Source of the DNA: Clostridiales bacterium
GTDB taxonomy: Bacteria; Bacillota; Clostridia; Saccharofermentanales; Saccharofermentanaceae
Direction of reading: 5' to 3'
Length of the DNA stretch: 49,782 nt
Assembly (NCBI GenBank): GCA_017513085.1
Contig: JAFWDK010000031.1
Coordinates: 1-49,782, forward strand
This document shows, piece after piece, positions 38,158-48,087 of the stretch. Below the pieces are notes generated by a model that was not told the origin of the DNA, made no database searches, and was given only the letters and a program-made list of their open reading frames with translations. How positions within the stretch are numbered: position 1 is the stretch's first letter; each line of letters opens with the position of its first letter. The translations under genes and the position numbers were made by a program.

Positions 38158-38901
38158 TTACTTTGCTTTGAAGCTTACGGCTACATCTCTTGCGATGGAG
38201 AACGATTTGAAGTTGACTTCGTATACGATATTGTCATTGCCGTCATTCTTCGATTCCTTCTTCAATTCGACAGAGTACTTCAGGCTTGCCGACTTGCAGG
38301 TTGCGTAAGTTGTCTTACCGGATTTTAGGCCTTCAAAATCGTTTTTGGAGAAACGATATGACTTCTGTTCAAGGAAGCTTATCCACTGTTCTGTAGAAGC
38401 AGTTTTCATGTTTTCATCATCGATCAGAACAGAAACTCCGTCATCCTGGAAATCAGGAGTATATTCCAGTTTGTATATACCGCACTTTGCAATCGTTGAC
38501 TTAGTTGCACCGAAATTTCCGAATGTGACTTGTACACCGGAACACTTTGCTGTCGTGTTTGAACTGTCGGTCGGAACACCAATAAAGAAAGCGGTGTTGT
38601 AGATCTCTTTGCCATTGACTTCTGTAGTCATGACATTTCTGACTTTGCCATTCACGTCACAGAGGACCAAACCCTTGTCCAATAAATCCTGACCGCTGTT
38701 TCTTGTTGTGATCTTATTGTTCTCGATCGAAATCGAATGAGAAGATGTGAAAAGAAAGTTCGTAGCCAGATAATAACCGCCGAATGCAAGTGCGGCGAGG
38801 ACAATGATAGTAGTGAAGATCTTAGAACCTGCGCCACCCTTCTTCTTGGCAGCCTTCGTGGTGGTTACGCTTGGAACGCCTTGTTCAGTGTTGTTTGACA
38901 T
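38158..38901 (-). CDS. Hypothetical single-pass membrane protein
   Basis: RBS AGGAGG; basic N-terminus followed by a TM helix. Confidence 0.75.
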   Translation of the reverse strand: MSNNTEQGVPSVTTTKAAKKKGGAGSKIFTTIIVLAALAFGGYYLATNFLFTSSHSISIENNKITTRNSGQDLLDKGLVLCDVNGKVRNVMTTEVNGKEIYNTAFFIGVPTDSSNTTAKCSGVQVTFGNFGATKSTIAKCGIYKLEYTPDFQDDGVSVLIDDENMKTASTEQWISFLEQKSYRFSKNDFEGLKSGKTTYATCKSASLKYSVELKKESKNDGNDNIVYEVNFKSFSIARDVAVSFKAK

Positions 38902-39124
38902 AAGTTTACCCTCCTAAGTGTTAGTTTGCTTATAGCAATTTCCCTCTTTGTTTTTCCTCTGGGGATGTTATTATGTTGAACATTATAGCCCATCTTTATA
39001 AAACATTTAAATAGTTATTAAAGAAATATGACAATGTGTTTTACGATGCCGGAAGAAGAATAGAAGTCTGTTTTTCTGCTTCCGGAAAAAGAGATGATCC
39101 GATTATCACGACAGAAAATGCCAC

Positions 39125-39153
39125 TTGACAAATGAAAATATGCAGAGTAATCT
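39125..39153 (+). promoter_or_regulatory. Sigma-A promoter of the asnS leader
   Basis: TTGACA-N17-TAATCT. Confidence 0.7.
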
Positions 39154-39171
39154 TACTTCAAATTGAATATG

Positions 39172-39467
39172 AAAAGCGATGACGAAGAGAAGTAACCTGT
39201 TTTATCGCTTCCAGCGAGTGGGGGACGGTGTAAGCCCCATAGAGTGAATACAGGTGAATAACACTTCCGAGCTGCAAAATGAAATGCCGATGGCGGCAGG
39301 ACGATAGTCGATGCCGATATGCGCAGAGTAGTGGATGCCGTTAGCCGTGCGTCAGTCGGCAGGGTTTGATAGAGCCCGGTAGAGGAGGCTGTGAAGAGCA
39401 GCAATTCAGGTGGTACCGCGATGAATAATCGTCCTGAAGCAGAGATGCTTCAGGACGTTTTTGTTTT
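39172..39467 (+). ncRNA. T-box riboswitch, Asn specifier (AAC at 39260-39262)
   Basis: GCGAUGA GA motif, AGUA S-turn, GGUGUAAG loop, T-box AAUUCAGGUGGUACCGCG, terminator GTCCTGAAGCA/TGCTTCAGGAC plus U-run. Confidence 0.95.
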
Positions 39468-39583
39468 CTGAAGTCTTTCTGCAAAAGAACTTTTTGATCG
39501 AGCGCCCCGAGAGATTTTTCGGATGCGAGAGATGCGCGGCAGAAGACGTGCAAAGAAAACGAAATGTGCAAAGGAGAAAAGAA

Positions 39584-40975
39584 ATGGACATTTTGGATGT
39601 AAGAGAGATCTTTAGAAACAGAGAGAAGTATCTTGGAAAAGAGATCACCGTCGGCGGTTGGGTGCGCTCGATCCGTGATTCCAAGACATTCGGCTTTATC
39701 GTACTTCATGACGGTACGTTTTTTGAGCCGCTCCAGATCGTGTATCACGATGCGCTCCCGAATTTTGAACAGATCAGCAAGACTAACGTTGGTGCGGCCC
39801 TGATCGTAAAGGGTACTCTGGTAGCGACTCCGGAAGCCAAGCAGCCTTTCGAGATCCAGGCTACGGAAGTTGTTCTGGAAGGTGATTCCACGTCGGATTA
39901 TCCGCTTCAGAAGAAGCGTCACAGCATCGAATACTTAAGAACGATCACACATCTGCGTCCGAGAACGAACTTGTTCCAAGCGGTCTTCAGAGTCAGAAGC
40001 CTTTGCGCTTACGCGATCCACAAGTTCTTCCAGGAGAGAGATTTCGTATATGTACATACTCCGTTGATCACAGGTTCGGACTGTGAGGGTGCCGGCGAAA
40101 TGTTCCAGGTCACTACACTGGATCTGAACAACATTCCCAGAACGGAAGATGGCGCGATCGACTACAGTAAGGATTTCTTCAACAAGCCGACCAACCTCAC
40201 GGTAAGCGGTCAGCTCAACGGTGAGACCTTCGCGATGGCTTTTAAGAACATCTATACTTTCGGACCGACATTCCGTGCCGAGAACAGTAACACGACACGT
40301 CACGCTGCCGAGTTCTGGATGATCGAGCCGGAGATTGCTTTTGCAGATCTCAAGGACGATATGCTTCTTGCGGAGTCCATGATCAAGTACATCATTAACT
40401 ATGTTCTGGAGAATGCTCCGGAAGAGATGAAGTTCTTCAACGATTTCGTGGACAAGGGATTGATCGAAAGACTGAGACACGTGGCTTCTTCTGACTTCGG
40501 TCATGTAACCTATACCGAGGCGATCGAGATCCTCGAAAAAGTCAACGACAGATTCGATTACAAAGTATCCTGGGGCTGCGATCTGCAGACTGAGCACGAG
40601 CGTTACCTTACTGAAGAAGTCTTCAAAAAGCCGGTCTTCGTTACCGATTATCCGAAGGAGATCAAGGCTTTCTACATGAAGCTCAATGAAGACGGAAAGA
40701 CTGTTGCCGCGATGGACTGCCTGGTTCCAGGAATCGGTGAGATCATCGGAGGATCCCAGCGTGAAGACGATTATGAGAAACTCAGCACACGTATCACGGA
40801 GCTGGGCATGAACCCGGAAGATTATGGTTTCTATATGGATCTTAGAAAATACGGATCCGCCCGTCATGCCGGCTTCGGTCTCGGATTTGAGCGTTGCGTG
40901 ATGTACCTTACAGGTGTTTCCAACATCCGTGATGTCATCCCGTTCCCGAGAACGGTAAATAACTGCGAACTCTGA
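39584..40975 (+). CDS. asnS: Asparagine--tRNA ligase
   Basis: 'GWVRS', 'LTVSGQL', '[15 protein letters not shown]', 'GFGLGFER'; RBS AAGGAG. Confidence 0.97.
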   Translation: MDILDVREIFRNREKYLGKEITVGGWVRSIRDSKTFGFIVLHDGTFFEPLQIVYHDALPNFEQISKTNVGAALIVKGTLVATPEAKQPFEIQATEVVLEGDSTSDYPLQKKRHSIEYLRTITHLRPRTNLFQAVFRVRSLCAYAIHKFFQERDFVYVHTPLITGSDCEGAGEMFQVTTLDLNNIPRTEDGAIDYSKDFFNKPTNLTVSGQLNGETFAMAFKNIYTFGPTFRAENSNTTRHAAEFWMIEPEIAFADLKDDMLLAESMIKYIINYVLENAPEEMKFFNDFVDKGLIERLRHVASSDFGHVTYTEAIEILEKVNDRFDYKVSWGCDLQTEHERYLTEEVFKKPVFVTDYPKEIKAFYMKLNEDGKTVAAMDCLVPGIGEIIGGSQREDDYEKLSTRITELGMNPEDYGFYMDLRKYGSARHAGFGLGFERCVMYLTGVSNIRDVIPFPRTVNNCEL

Positions 40976-41024
40976 TGAGAAATAGAATAACAATAAGAAG
41001 AACAAGTATAAAGGAGTGTTGAAA

Positions 41025-42035
41025 ATGGGTACGATCTATATTCCGGACGGGTACAAGAGCCCGCAAACGATTCGTGAGACAGAAGTCGCAATCAAGGAAG
41101 TAAAGGACTATTTCGAGCGCGCGCTCGCAGATGCGCTGAACCTGACACGTGTGTCCGCGCCACTTTTTGTAAAGCCGGAGTCGGGACTCAATGACAACCT
41201 CAACGGTGTAGAGCGTCCGGTATCTTTCGGGATCAAAGAATTGGATGAGAAGCGTGTCGAGATCGTTCACTCTCTTGCGAAGTGGAAGAGAATGGCGCTC
41301 AGTAAGTACGGCTTCAACCCGGGCGAGGGCCTCTATACGGATATGACGGCGATCCGTCGTGACGAAGAGACGGATAACCTTCACTCCATTTATGTGGACC
41401 AGTGGGACTGGGAGAAGATCATCACGAAAGAGCAGAGGAATGTCGAGACGCTGAAAGAGACGGTGTTCCGTATTTATATGGCGATCAAGCAGACAGAATA
41501 CTATATCTGCGGCAAGTATCACTTTATGGATCCTTTCCTTCCGAACGAGATCCATTTCATCACGACACAGGAACTCGAGGATATGTACCCGGATAAGACG
41601 CCGAAGGAAAGAGAGAACCTCATCACGAAAGAATATGGCGCAGTGTTCCTCATGCAGATCGGTGGCGCACTGAAATCCGGAAAACCGCATGATGGACGTG
41701 CTCCGGACTACGATGACTGGTCCTTGAACGGCGATATTCTGGTTTACTATCCTGTTCTCGGTGGCTCTCTGGAGCTTTCTTCCATGGGTATCCGTGTGGA
41801 TGAGAAGGCCATGGCCAGCCAGCTTAAGATCGCAGGTTGCGAAGAGCGCGCAGAGCTTCCGTTCCAGAAGAGTGTTCTCGATGGCACACTGCCGTACACT
41901 ATCGGTGGCGGTATCGGTCAGTCCCGTATCTGCATGTTCTTCCTGCAGCGTGCACACATCGGCGAAGTCCAGTCCTCGATCTGGCCGGAAGACGTTGTGG
42001 AACAGGCAGCGGCACATGGTGTGAATCTTCTTTAA
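41025..42035 (+). CDS. asnA: Aspartate--ammonia ligase
   Basis: 'HSLAKWKR', '[11 protein letters not shown]', 'RAPDYDDW', '[10 protein letters not shown]'. Confidence 0.97.
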   Translation: MGTIYIPDGYKSPQTIRETEVAIKEVKDYFERALADALNLTRVSAPLFVKPESGLNDNLNGVERPVSFGIKELDEKRVEIVHSLAKWKRMALSKYGFNPGEGLYTDMTAIRRDEETDNLHSIYVDQWDWEKIITKEQRNVETLKETVFRIYMAIKQTEYYICGKYHFMDPFLPNEIHFITTQELEDMYPDKTPKERENLITKEYGAVFLMQIGGALKSGKPHDGRAPDYDDWSLNGDILVYYPVLGGSLELSSMGIRVDEKAMASQLKIAGCEERAELPFQKSVLDGTLPYTIGGGIGQSRICMFFLQRAHIGEVQSSIWPEDVVEQAAAHGVNLL

Positions 42036-42046
42036 CAAATAACAAT

Positions 42047-42094
42047 CGCCAACGGTTTCTCGGCACTAGGTCCTCGAAACGTTGGCGTCTTTTT
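42047..42094 (+). terminator. asnS-asnA terminator
   Basis: CGCCAACG..TTTC...GAAACGTTGGCG followed by TCTTTTT. Confidence 0.7.
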
Positions 42095-42125
42095 GTGTAA
42101 ATAGATCGTGAGAGTGACGATTTTC

Positions 42126-44141
42126 TTATGGTGAATCCGGTTCTTCGTCATAATAGAAACTGTCGTCCCAGTAGTGTTCCTGATCTTGCGTCCGGTATAC
42201 ATAACTTAGGAAAAGGATCTCACTTTTATCATTGAACAGAATATTGCAGTTTTCGCCCTGGTAGAAAAACCTTTTATTGCTGAGATCTATGCTTAACATT
42301 CCTTGGATCAGAGACGAGTATTCTTCGGGAAGAGGCTTGGAAAGAATACTGCTTCCGGTAGACGGATCCAGAAGATCGCTGTATTTAAGATTGAAATAAT
42401 CGTCTCCGGTGCCTCTCTTAAACACATATAGAATAGTGTTGTTGCTTTCGAAGTCTTGCAGGAGTTCGACCCAACCTTCTATTTCTTTGATGACATGCAG
42501 ATCTTTCGCATCGATCAATTGGAAAGATCCTCTATTTTGCATAATGATGAATCCTTGCGAAAGATTATAGTTATTGTCAAGTCGTCCTTTCAGCACTTTT
42601 TTCTCAGTAAGATCGTTCGGATCTAAAAAGTGATATTCGAAGGCATACATATAATCGTCCTCATACACCAGGGGGTCATCCGCATCAGTACGGACGATCA
42701 CATAATCCGGTGATGAATAGGTTTCTGTATTCCCGTAAAAAACAACACTCTGTCCGGTAACCGTATTTGTCAGTTTAGCGTAATCATAATTCTTTTCTAA
42801 TTGGAGATGATCAAACCCCAAAGTTTGGTTTGTTGAGGTGCTACTCTCAATCAGGTGAAGATCCTTATCAAAAATGAAGTTCTTGTTTATAGTGTAAGTG
42901 TCGTCTGCGGACGGGAAGTAGACATAAAGAAAGATGTTTGCACCTTGCACTTCAATATATGGACGATCTATGGATCCACCTAAATATTCGTCGTCTTTCT
43001 TTAGCGCTCCAATCAGGTTACCGGAAAGATCCAAAAGCTCGTACCCCTCGTTTGTCTGGAATAAGATACGGTCGTCACTTACGATATATTTCTGATAGTA
43101 TGTCTTCTGCCATAACTGATTCCCGCTATGATCCGTAAGTGTGCAGGTGAACATCGTATCATCATCCCAATGATTCCCATCGCCGATTTGTTCTTCTAGT
43201 AAAAGAGTATTTCCTACGATGAACTGGTGGTTAGAAGTGATGATTTCCATGCCGGTCTGACCGTCGAAGAGGATCGTTTCATTATCTTCATAGGGATCGT
43301 CGGAATCGATATATTCATTGAGTACAAATACTATATAACGATCCAGCACGACTTTTCCCAAGGTCATATGATCCGGGATCTTTGTAAAATCAAAACGGAG
43401 TTCGACCGGATCTCCGGTAAGACCGGTTTTAGTATCATAAGATACAGTTTTCAAGCCATCGGAAGTATATCTGACAAAGTGCATCCTCCCCTCGTCGTCG
43501 AAGTAATAGTCGTCGTAGATGAGACCGGTGTAGAACGAACCGTCAAGGGAGAGAAATCCGACTTTGCGATAAGTTAAACTCCGGTTGTGTTCCACAGCAT
43601 CTGTGCTGACATTCTTTGTCAAAATATAGCCGTTACCGTCTTTGTCCTCCTCGAAGGAATTAACAAACGGCTTACAGATCACTCGACCATTTGCGTCTAT
43701 ACATCCGGAAGAGACAGAAGGAATGTATGTACCATTTATCGTTTCTTTGTAAAAATATATCCGACCGTAATCGGAAGACGGAACGAAATCAGATGGGTGA
43801 TCCTCATCGATCCAATTCATAATAGGATCCGGCTTTTTAGAAGCGACAGGCCGGTAATTGTCCCAGTGTGCTTTGACGCCGGAGGAAGAACCATTGTCAG
43901 GCATAGTGGTTTGCGAGGGTTCGGAAGACTCGTTTGTAGAAGATCCGGTCGATCCAACCGTGGTTGTTTCACTTGCATCGGACGTTGTTGTTTCTTCCCG
44001 GCCGGGTTCGGAAGTGGAAGAAGAGACCGAAGAAGTGATCAAGGAAGTTTCGTCGCTTTTTTTGCATCCGCTCATGCATAAAGAGGAAAGAACGATAGTT
44101 GCAGCTAGAGATATGGCGATGGATGAATGGAATTTTTTCAT
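42126..44141 (-). CDS. Surface lipoprotein, paralog family member A
   Basis: Lipobox MSGC, Ser/Thr linker, 'GVKAHWDNY', 'PSSDYGRI'. Confidence 0.85.
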   Translation of the reverse strand: MKKFHSSIAISLAATIVLSSLCMSGCKKSDETSLITSSVSSSTSEPGREETTTSDASETTTVGSTGSSTNESSEPSQTTMPDNGSSSGVKAHWDNYRPVASKKPDPIMNWIDEDHPSDFVPSSDYGRIYFYKETINGTYIPSVSSGCIDANGRVICKPFVNSFEEDKDGNGYILTKNVSTDAVEHNRSLTYRKVGFLSLDGSFYTGLIYDDYYFDDEGRMHFVRYTSDGLKTVSYDTKTGLTGDPVELRFDFTKIPDHMTLGKVVLDRYIVFVLNEYIDSDDPYEDNETILFDGQTGMEIITSNHQFIVGNTLLLEEQIGDGNHWDDDTMFTCTLTDHSGNQLWQKTYYQKYIVSDDRILFQTNEGYELLDLSGNLIGALKKDDEYLGGSIDRPYIEVQGANIFLYVYFPSADDTYTINKNFIFDKDLHLIESSTSTNQTLGFDHLQLEKNYDYAKLTNTVTGQSVVFYGNTETYSSPDYVIVRTDADDPLVYEDDYMYAFEYHFLDPNDLTEKKVLKGRLDNNYNLSQGFIIMQNRGSFQLIDAKDLHVIKEIEGWVELLQDFESNNTILYVFKRGTGDDYFNLKYSDLLDPSTGSSILSKPLPEEYSSLIQGMLSIDLSNKRFFYQGENCNILFNDKSEILFLSYVYRTQDQEHYWDDSFYYDEEPDSP

Positions 44142-44177
44142 AATAGTTTTCCTTTCCGGTTTGGTTATGAAAATGTG

Positions 44178-46172
44178 TTAGGGTGAATCAGGTTCTTCGT
44201 CATAATAGAAGCTGTCGTCCTGGTAGTGATCCTGATCGCCGCGGAATATGTAACTCAGAAAGAGTACCTCCCCCTTCTCGTTAAACAGCATATAGCAGTT
44301 TTTTCCATGGTAGAAGAATCTGTTCGTATCGGTATAAATTTCGATCAACTCAGGCCTGCTATCGATCAGAGAAGCGTACTCGTCAGGAATCAGACCAGTC
44401 AAAATGCTGTTCCCGGTGGACGAATCCAAAAGATCAAGGAATACTGCATCTGCATAGGGGTCGTACGGATCCTGATCTCCTACGAGCACAAAGTCTTTAT
44501 GGTCAGCAGAGGAACTTGATAGCGGTGAAGCCCCCCCTTCCATTTCCTTGATTACATGAAAATCCTTTCCGTCGATCAATTGGAAGGATTCTTTGTGTTG
44601 CAGGATGATAAGTCCTTTCGAAAGATCATATTCGTTATTGATAAATCCTTTCAGCACTTTTTTCTCTGTAAAATCGTTTGGATCCAAAAAGTGATATTCG
44701 TAAGAATATATATAATCGTCATCTGCTGTGGGGTCATTCGGATCGGTACGGACGATCACATAGTCCGCTGACGAAGCGGGATACACAGTTGCATATCCTG
44801 TAAAAGACGTTTTATTCCCGTTTTGCGTATTCGTCACGGTTGTTATGTCTTGACCTGTTTTTTCGTCATAAATGTTTTCGTAAACGATATCATTGCTGCC
44901 TGATGTATTATCTTCGGATGACTCACTTCTGATCAGGTGTAGATCTTTATCGAAAATATAAGTTGTAAATTTGTAGGAATCCCCATCTGAAGGTTGGGAG
45001 ACATAAAGACAGATTTTCGAATCCAGCACTTCGATGTATGGATGTTCCGAGGAGTTGCCTACATATTCATCACCTTTCTTCAGCGTGCCGATCAGATTGC
45101 CCGAAAGGTCCAAAAGATCATAACCCTCGGTCGTCCGGAATAAGATACGATCATCACTTACGATATATTTCCGGCCGTAAGTTTTCTGCCATAATTGGTT
45201 GCCTGAAAAATCAGTAAGGGTGTACGTGAACGTTGTATCGTCATTCCAATCTTCGTCACCGATCTTTTCTTCTTTTAGAAAAGCATTTCCTATGATGAAC
45301 TGATTTCTTAATACCGGAATCTTACGACCTGTTTTCGCGTCGATGAGAAAATCTTTGCCTGACCCGTGTGGATGATCTTCATCACTCTCGTAATCATTCA
45401 GTGTGAACAGAAGATAGCGATCCAGTATGATCTCGTCAAGCGACATGTTATCAGGGATCGCTTTATGGTCGAAATGCAGGTTGAGCGGGTCTCCACTTTC
45501 TCCGGTCTTTACATCGTAAGATGAGACGGTCAGGCCATCGGATGTATACTTGATAAAGCGGAAATTCCCGGCTCTGTCATAGACGGTGTTGTCATAGATG
45601 AGACCGGAGTAGAATGACCCGTCAAACGCAAGAAATCCATATTTTTCATCCTTGCTTACAATATAACCGTGGGGGTCGTTATAATCATCCAGCCAGTATC
45701 GATCGACAAACGGCTTGCAGATCACACGTCCGTTTATGTCGATACAGCCGGCTGATCCGTAGACCGGCCCGTAATATCCGTAAGACATAGTATCATGGTA
45801 GAAGAAGATCCGACCGTAATCGGAAGATGGAACGAAATCAGATGGGTGATCCTCATCGATCCAGTGCATAACGGGATCCGGAAGTTCGGTAACGACAGGC
45901 CGGTAATTGTCCCAGTGCGCTTTTACGCCGGATGGGGCAGTTGTATCCGGAGCAGACGCGCTTGATTCCGGAGCAGCCGACGTTGTCCCGACGGTGGTCT
46001 CCGAAGAGTTTTCTGTTGTTGCAGATGTGCTCTCTATGACAGTGGAACTGCCGATCGAAGAAGTGGCGTCGGATCCTTCCGGATCATGTTTTTGACATCC
46101 GGTTATCGGGAAAAGCGAAAGAACAACCGTGAAAGCTAGGATGGAAGCCAAGTGCTTTTGTATCTTCTTCAA
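44178..46172 (-). CDS. Surface lipoprotein, paralog family member B (close to A)
   Basis: TTG start after AGGAGGT; lipobox ITGC; same motifs and identical C-terminus DDSFYYDEEPDSP. Confidence 0.85.
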   Translation of the reverse strand: MKKIQKHLASILAFTVVLSLFPITGCQKHDPEGSDATSSIGSSTVIESTSATTENSSETTVGTTSAAPESSASAPDTTAPSGVKAHWDNYRPVVTELPDPVMHWIDEDHPSDFVPSSDYGRIFFYHDTMSYGYYGPVYGSAGCIDINGRVICKPFVDRYWLDDYNDPHGYIVSKDEKYGFLAFDGSFYSGLIYDNTVYDRAGNFRFIKYTSDGLTVSSYDVKTGESGDPLNLHFDHKAIPDNMSLDEIILDRYLLFTLNDYESDEDHPHGSGKDFLIDAKTGRKIPVLRNQFIIGNAFLKEEKIGDEDWNDDTTFTYTLTDFSGNQLWQKTYGRKYIVSDDRILFRTTEGYDLLDLSGNLIGTLKKGDEYVGNSSEHPYIEVLDSKICLYVSQPSDGDSYKFTTYIFDKDLHLIRSESSEDNTSGSNDIVYENIYDEKTGQDITTVTNTQNGNKTSFTGYATVYPASSADYVIVRTDPNDPTADDDYIYSYEYHFLDPNDFTEKKVLKGFINNEYDLSKGLIILQHKESFQLIDGKDFHVIKEMEGGASPLSSSSADHKDFVLVGDQDPYDPYADAVFLDLLDSSTGNSILTGLIPDEYASLIDSRPELIEIYTDTNRFFYHGKNCYMLFNEKGEVLFLSYIFRGDQDHYQDDSFYYDEEPDSP

Positions 46173-46187
46173 AAACGACACCTCCTT

Positions 46188-48074
46188 TTATACTTCGTCC
46201 CGATGCATGGACTTGTATCTGAAAACGACTTTTCCGTTATTGTCGGACAGGGACGTGTTATTGATCTCTCTGACAATATAGCTATCGTAATAATCGTCTT
46301 CGTCAGGCTCACTTGCAAATTCAAATTCAGGAGAATAGGTCATGTAATGGAAATATCCGTTGACGAGTTTGACAGGTACGATCAGAAGAGTTGATCTGTC
46401 CTTTACTTCCCACTTGATTTCACCATTTTCAGGGTCTACCAGTGTTGCATGAAGGCCGGATGAACGATCCTGAAGAAGGAGGAATTCTTTTCCTGTTGCC
46501 TGATCGGTCACGACATCCGTCAGATTTTTACCTTCAAAGATGACGTGCAAATCTTCCGGGTCAAGGTAAACAAATGACGACTCGGTGAAATCTTCTTCAG
46601 AATACCAGGTTTCTTCTTCGCAGATGATATGACCGGAAGAAGTGGCAAATGCTTTGTCAAAAGAACTCATGTCATACGTAGCTCCTGTTCCGATGCTGTA
46701 AAGATATTCACTTCCGGCAGAACTGTAACGGAGAACAGGAGTAAGACCATCTTTCGGAATGCCGATGATAATGCCGCCTTCCGAGATGTAGCGGATCTCA
46801 GACGGATCTGTTTCCATGTTTTCCTGAAGAACGAAACGGGGCTGGTTGCTTTTCTCGAATGTCTTGAGTTCTTTGAAATCCTCATCCATCAGAACGACAT
46901 TCCGATCCTTTATGCCGGCCATATATCCGCCGTAGCCGGAGACTTGGGTCCACTCATGTTCCGAGTTGTCCAGTGTAGATCGAATACGACCATTTTCGCC
47001 GATCAGGTCATATCCGTCATCGCGGGCCATCAGCATTTTATCTGAACTATATGGTACGAAGTTCGTATAATCATAGGGGAGGACCCGGCCTTTTTGGAAG
47101 TCAAAGATATTCCAGATCCGGAATCCTTGTTCGGAAGCATACTTATCCGAGAAAAGAAGCGCCTGCCCGAAAGGACGGGATAAAAAGCTATACTCGATTT
47201 CTTCCAAAAAAGAAAAACCAGGCTTCGAACCGTCACGATGGGTAAAATTTTCAGCAGATGAATAGCCATCTAAAGAATAGGAGAAGCAGACATCATTATT
47301 CAGGGCAAGGAAAATTCCCCAGGGTGCGGGAGTATATGCCAGGTCAAAAGAGTCGATGGTCTCGCGAGTGGAACAGCGGTAGGAGATCACATTGACACCT
47401 TCATCTTTAAGAGTTACCAGATAGAGAGTATCGCAGTTCGGATCTGTTGAGTAAAAAGAATAGTCATCATAGATCAGGCCCGTATAATGTGCGCCGTCAT
47501 GAGAGATGATCCCGTATCGTGAATAGTATTCGGAACGGTTGTATTCTTCACTTCCCCAGTTATAATTCTGATCCTGCTGCGACGGATCTTGTTCTTTGTA
47601 TTTCTTGACAAGATAGTCTCCGCCCGGAAGGATGAGGTAGTCATCGAAGACCGGCTCGCAAAGAAGTGTGCCATTCTCACTAAAGAAGCCTACCGGATTG
47701 CTGCCGTCATAAGAGGCGTCGATACCATCCAAAACAAGCATGTGCTGTGTGTAATAAGGAAATATCTCTCCATAGTCATCAGATGGAACAAAGTCTATGG
47801 CAGGCGTGTCGGGAAGACGTGTAAACAGGTTTTCTTCCACGGTTGCCGATTCATAACTGTCCCAGTGCACTTTGACCCCTGGAGACGTAACAGTAGTTTC
47901 TGAAGAGACAGAGCTTTCAGATGATGTGCCTACGGTATCCCCGGAAGAAGCCGAAGTGCTCTCGGATAGGGAAGACTCAAAGGCTGTTGTGCTTTCAGAA
48001 CCCAACGCCCGACAGGAAGGCAGTAGAAGGGCTCCGGTGAGTATAAGAGAAAACAGAGAATGCTTCTTCTTCAT
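46188..48074 (-). CDS. Surface lipoprotein, paralog family member C
   Basis: RBS GGAGGA; lipobox LPSC; 'GVKVHWDSY', 'PSDDYGEI'. Confidence 0.85.
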   Translation of the reverse strand: MKKKHSLFSLILTGALLLPSCRALGSESTTAFESSLSESTSASSGDTVGTSSESSVSSETTVTSPGVKVHWDSYESATVEENLFTRLPDTPAIDFVPSDDYGEIFPYYTQHMLVLDGIDASYDGSNPVGFFSENGTLLCEPVFDDYLILPGGDYLVKKYKEQDPSQQDQNYNWGSEEYNRSEYYSRYGIISHDGAHYTGLIYDDYSFYSTDPNCDTLYLVTLKDEGVNVISYRCSTRETIDSFDLAYTPAPWGIFLALNNDVCFSYSLDGYSSAENFTHRDGSKPGFSFLEEIEYSFLSRPFGQALLFSDKYASEQGFRIWNIFDFQKGRVLPYDYTNFVPYSSDKMLMARDDGYDLIGENGRIRSTLDNSEHEWTQVSGYGGYMAGIKDRNVVLMDEDFKELKTFEKSNQPRFVLQENMETDPSEIRYISEGGIIIGIPKDGLTPVLRYSSAGSEYLYSIGTGATYDMSSFDKAFATSSGHIICEEETWYSEEDFTESSFVYLDPEDLHVIFEGKNLTDVVTDQATGKEFLLLQDRSSGLHATLVDPENGEIKWEVKDRSTLLIVPVKLVNGYFHYMTYSPEFEFASEPDEDDYYDSYIVREINNTSLSDNNGKVVFRYKSMHRDEV

Positions 48075-48087
48075 ATCCAATCCTCCA

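Noticed and set aside
42126-44340. A/B 3'-end similarity as a diversity-generating retroelement TR/VR pair
   Set aside because: Both copies are coding, differences are largely third-position and not adenine-specific, and no reverse transcriptase is present in the window.
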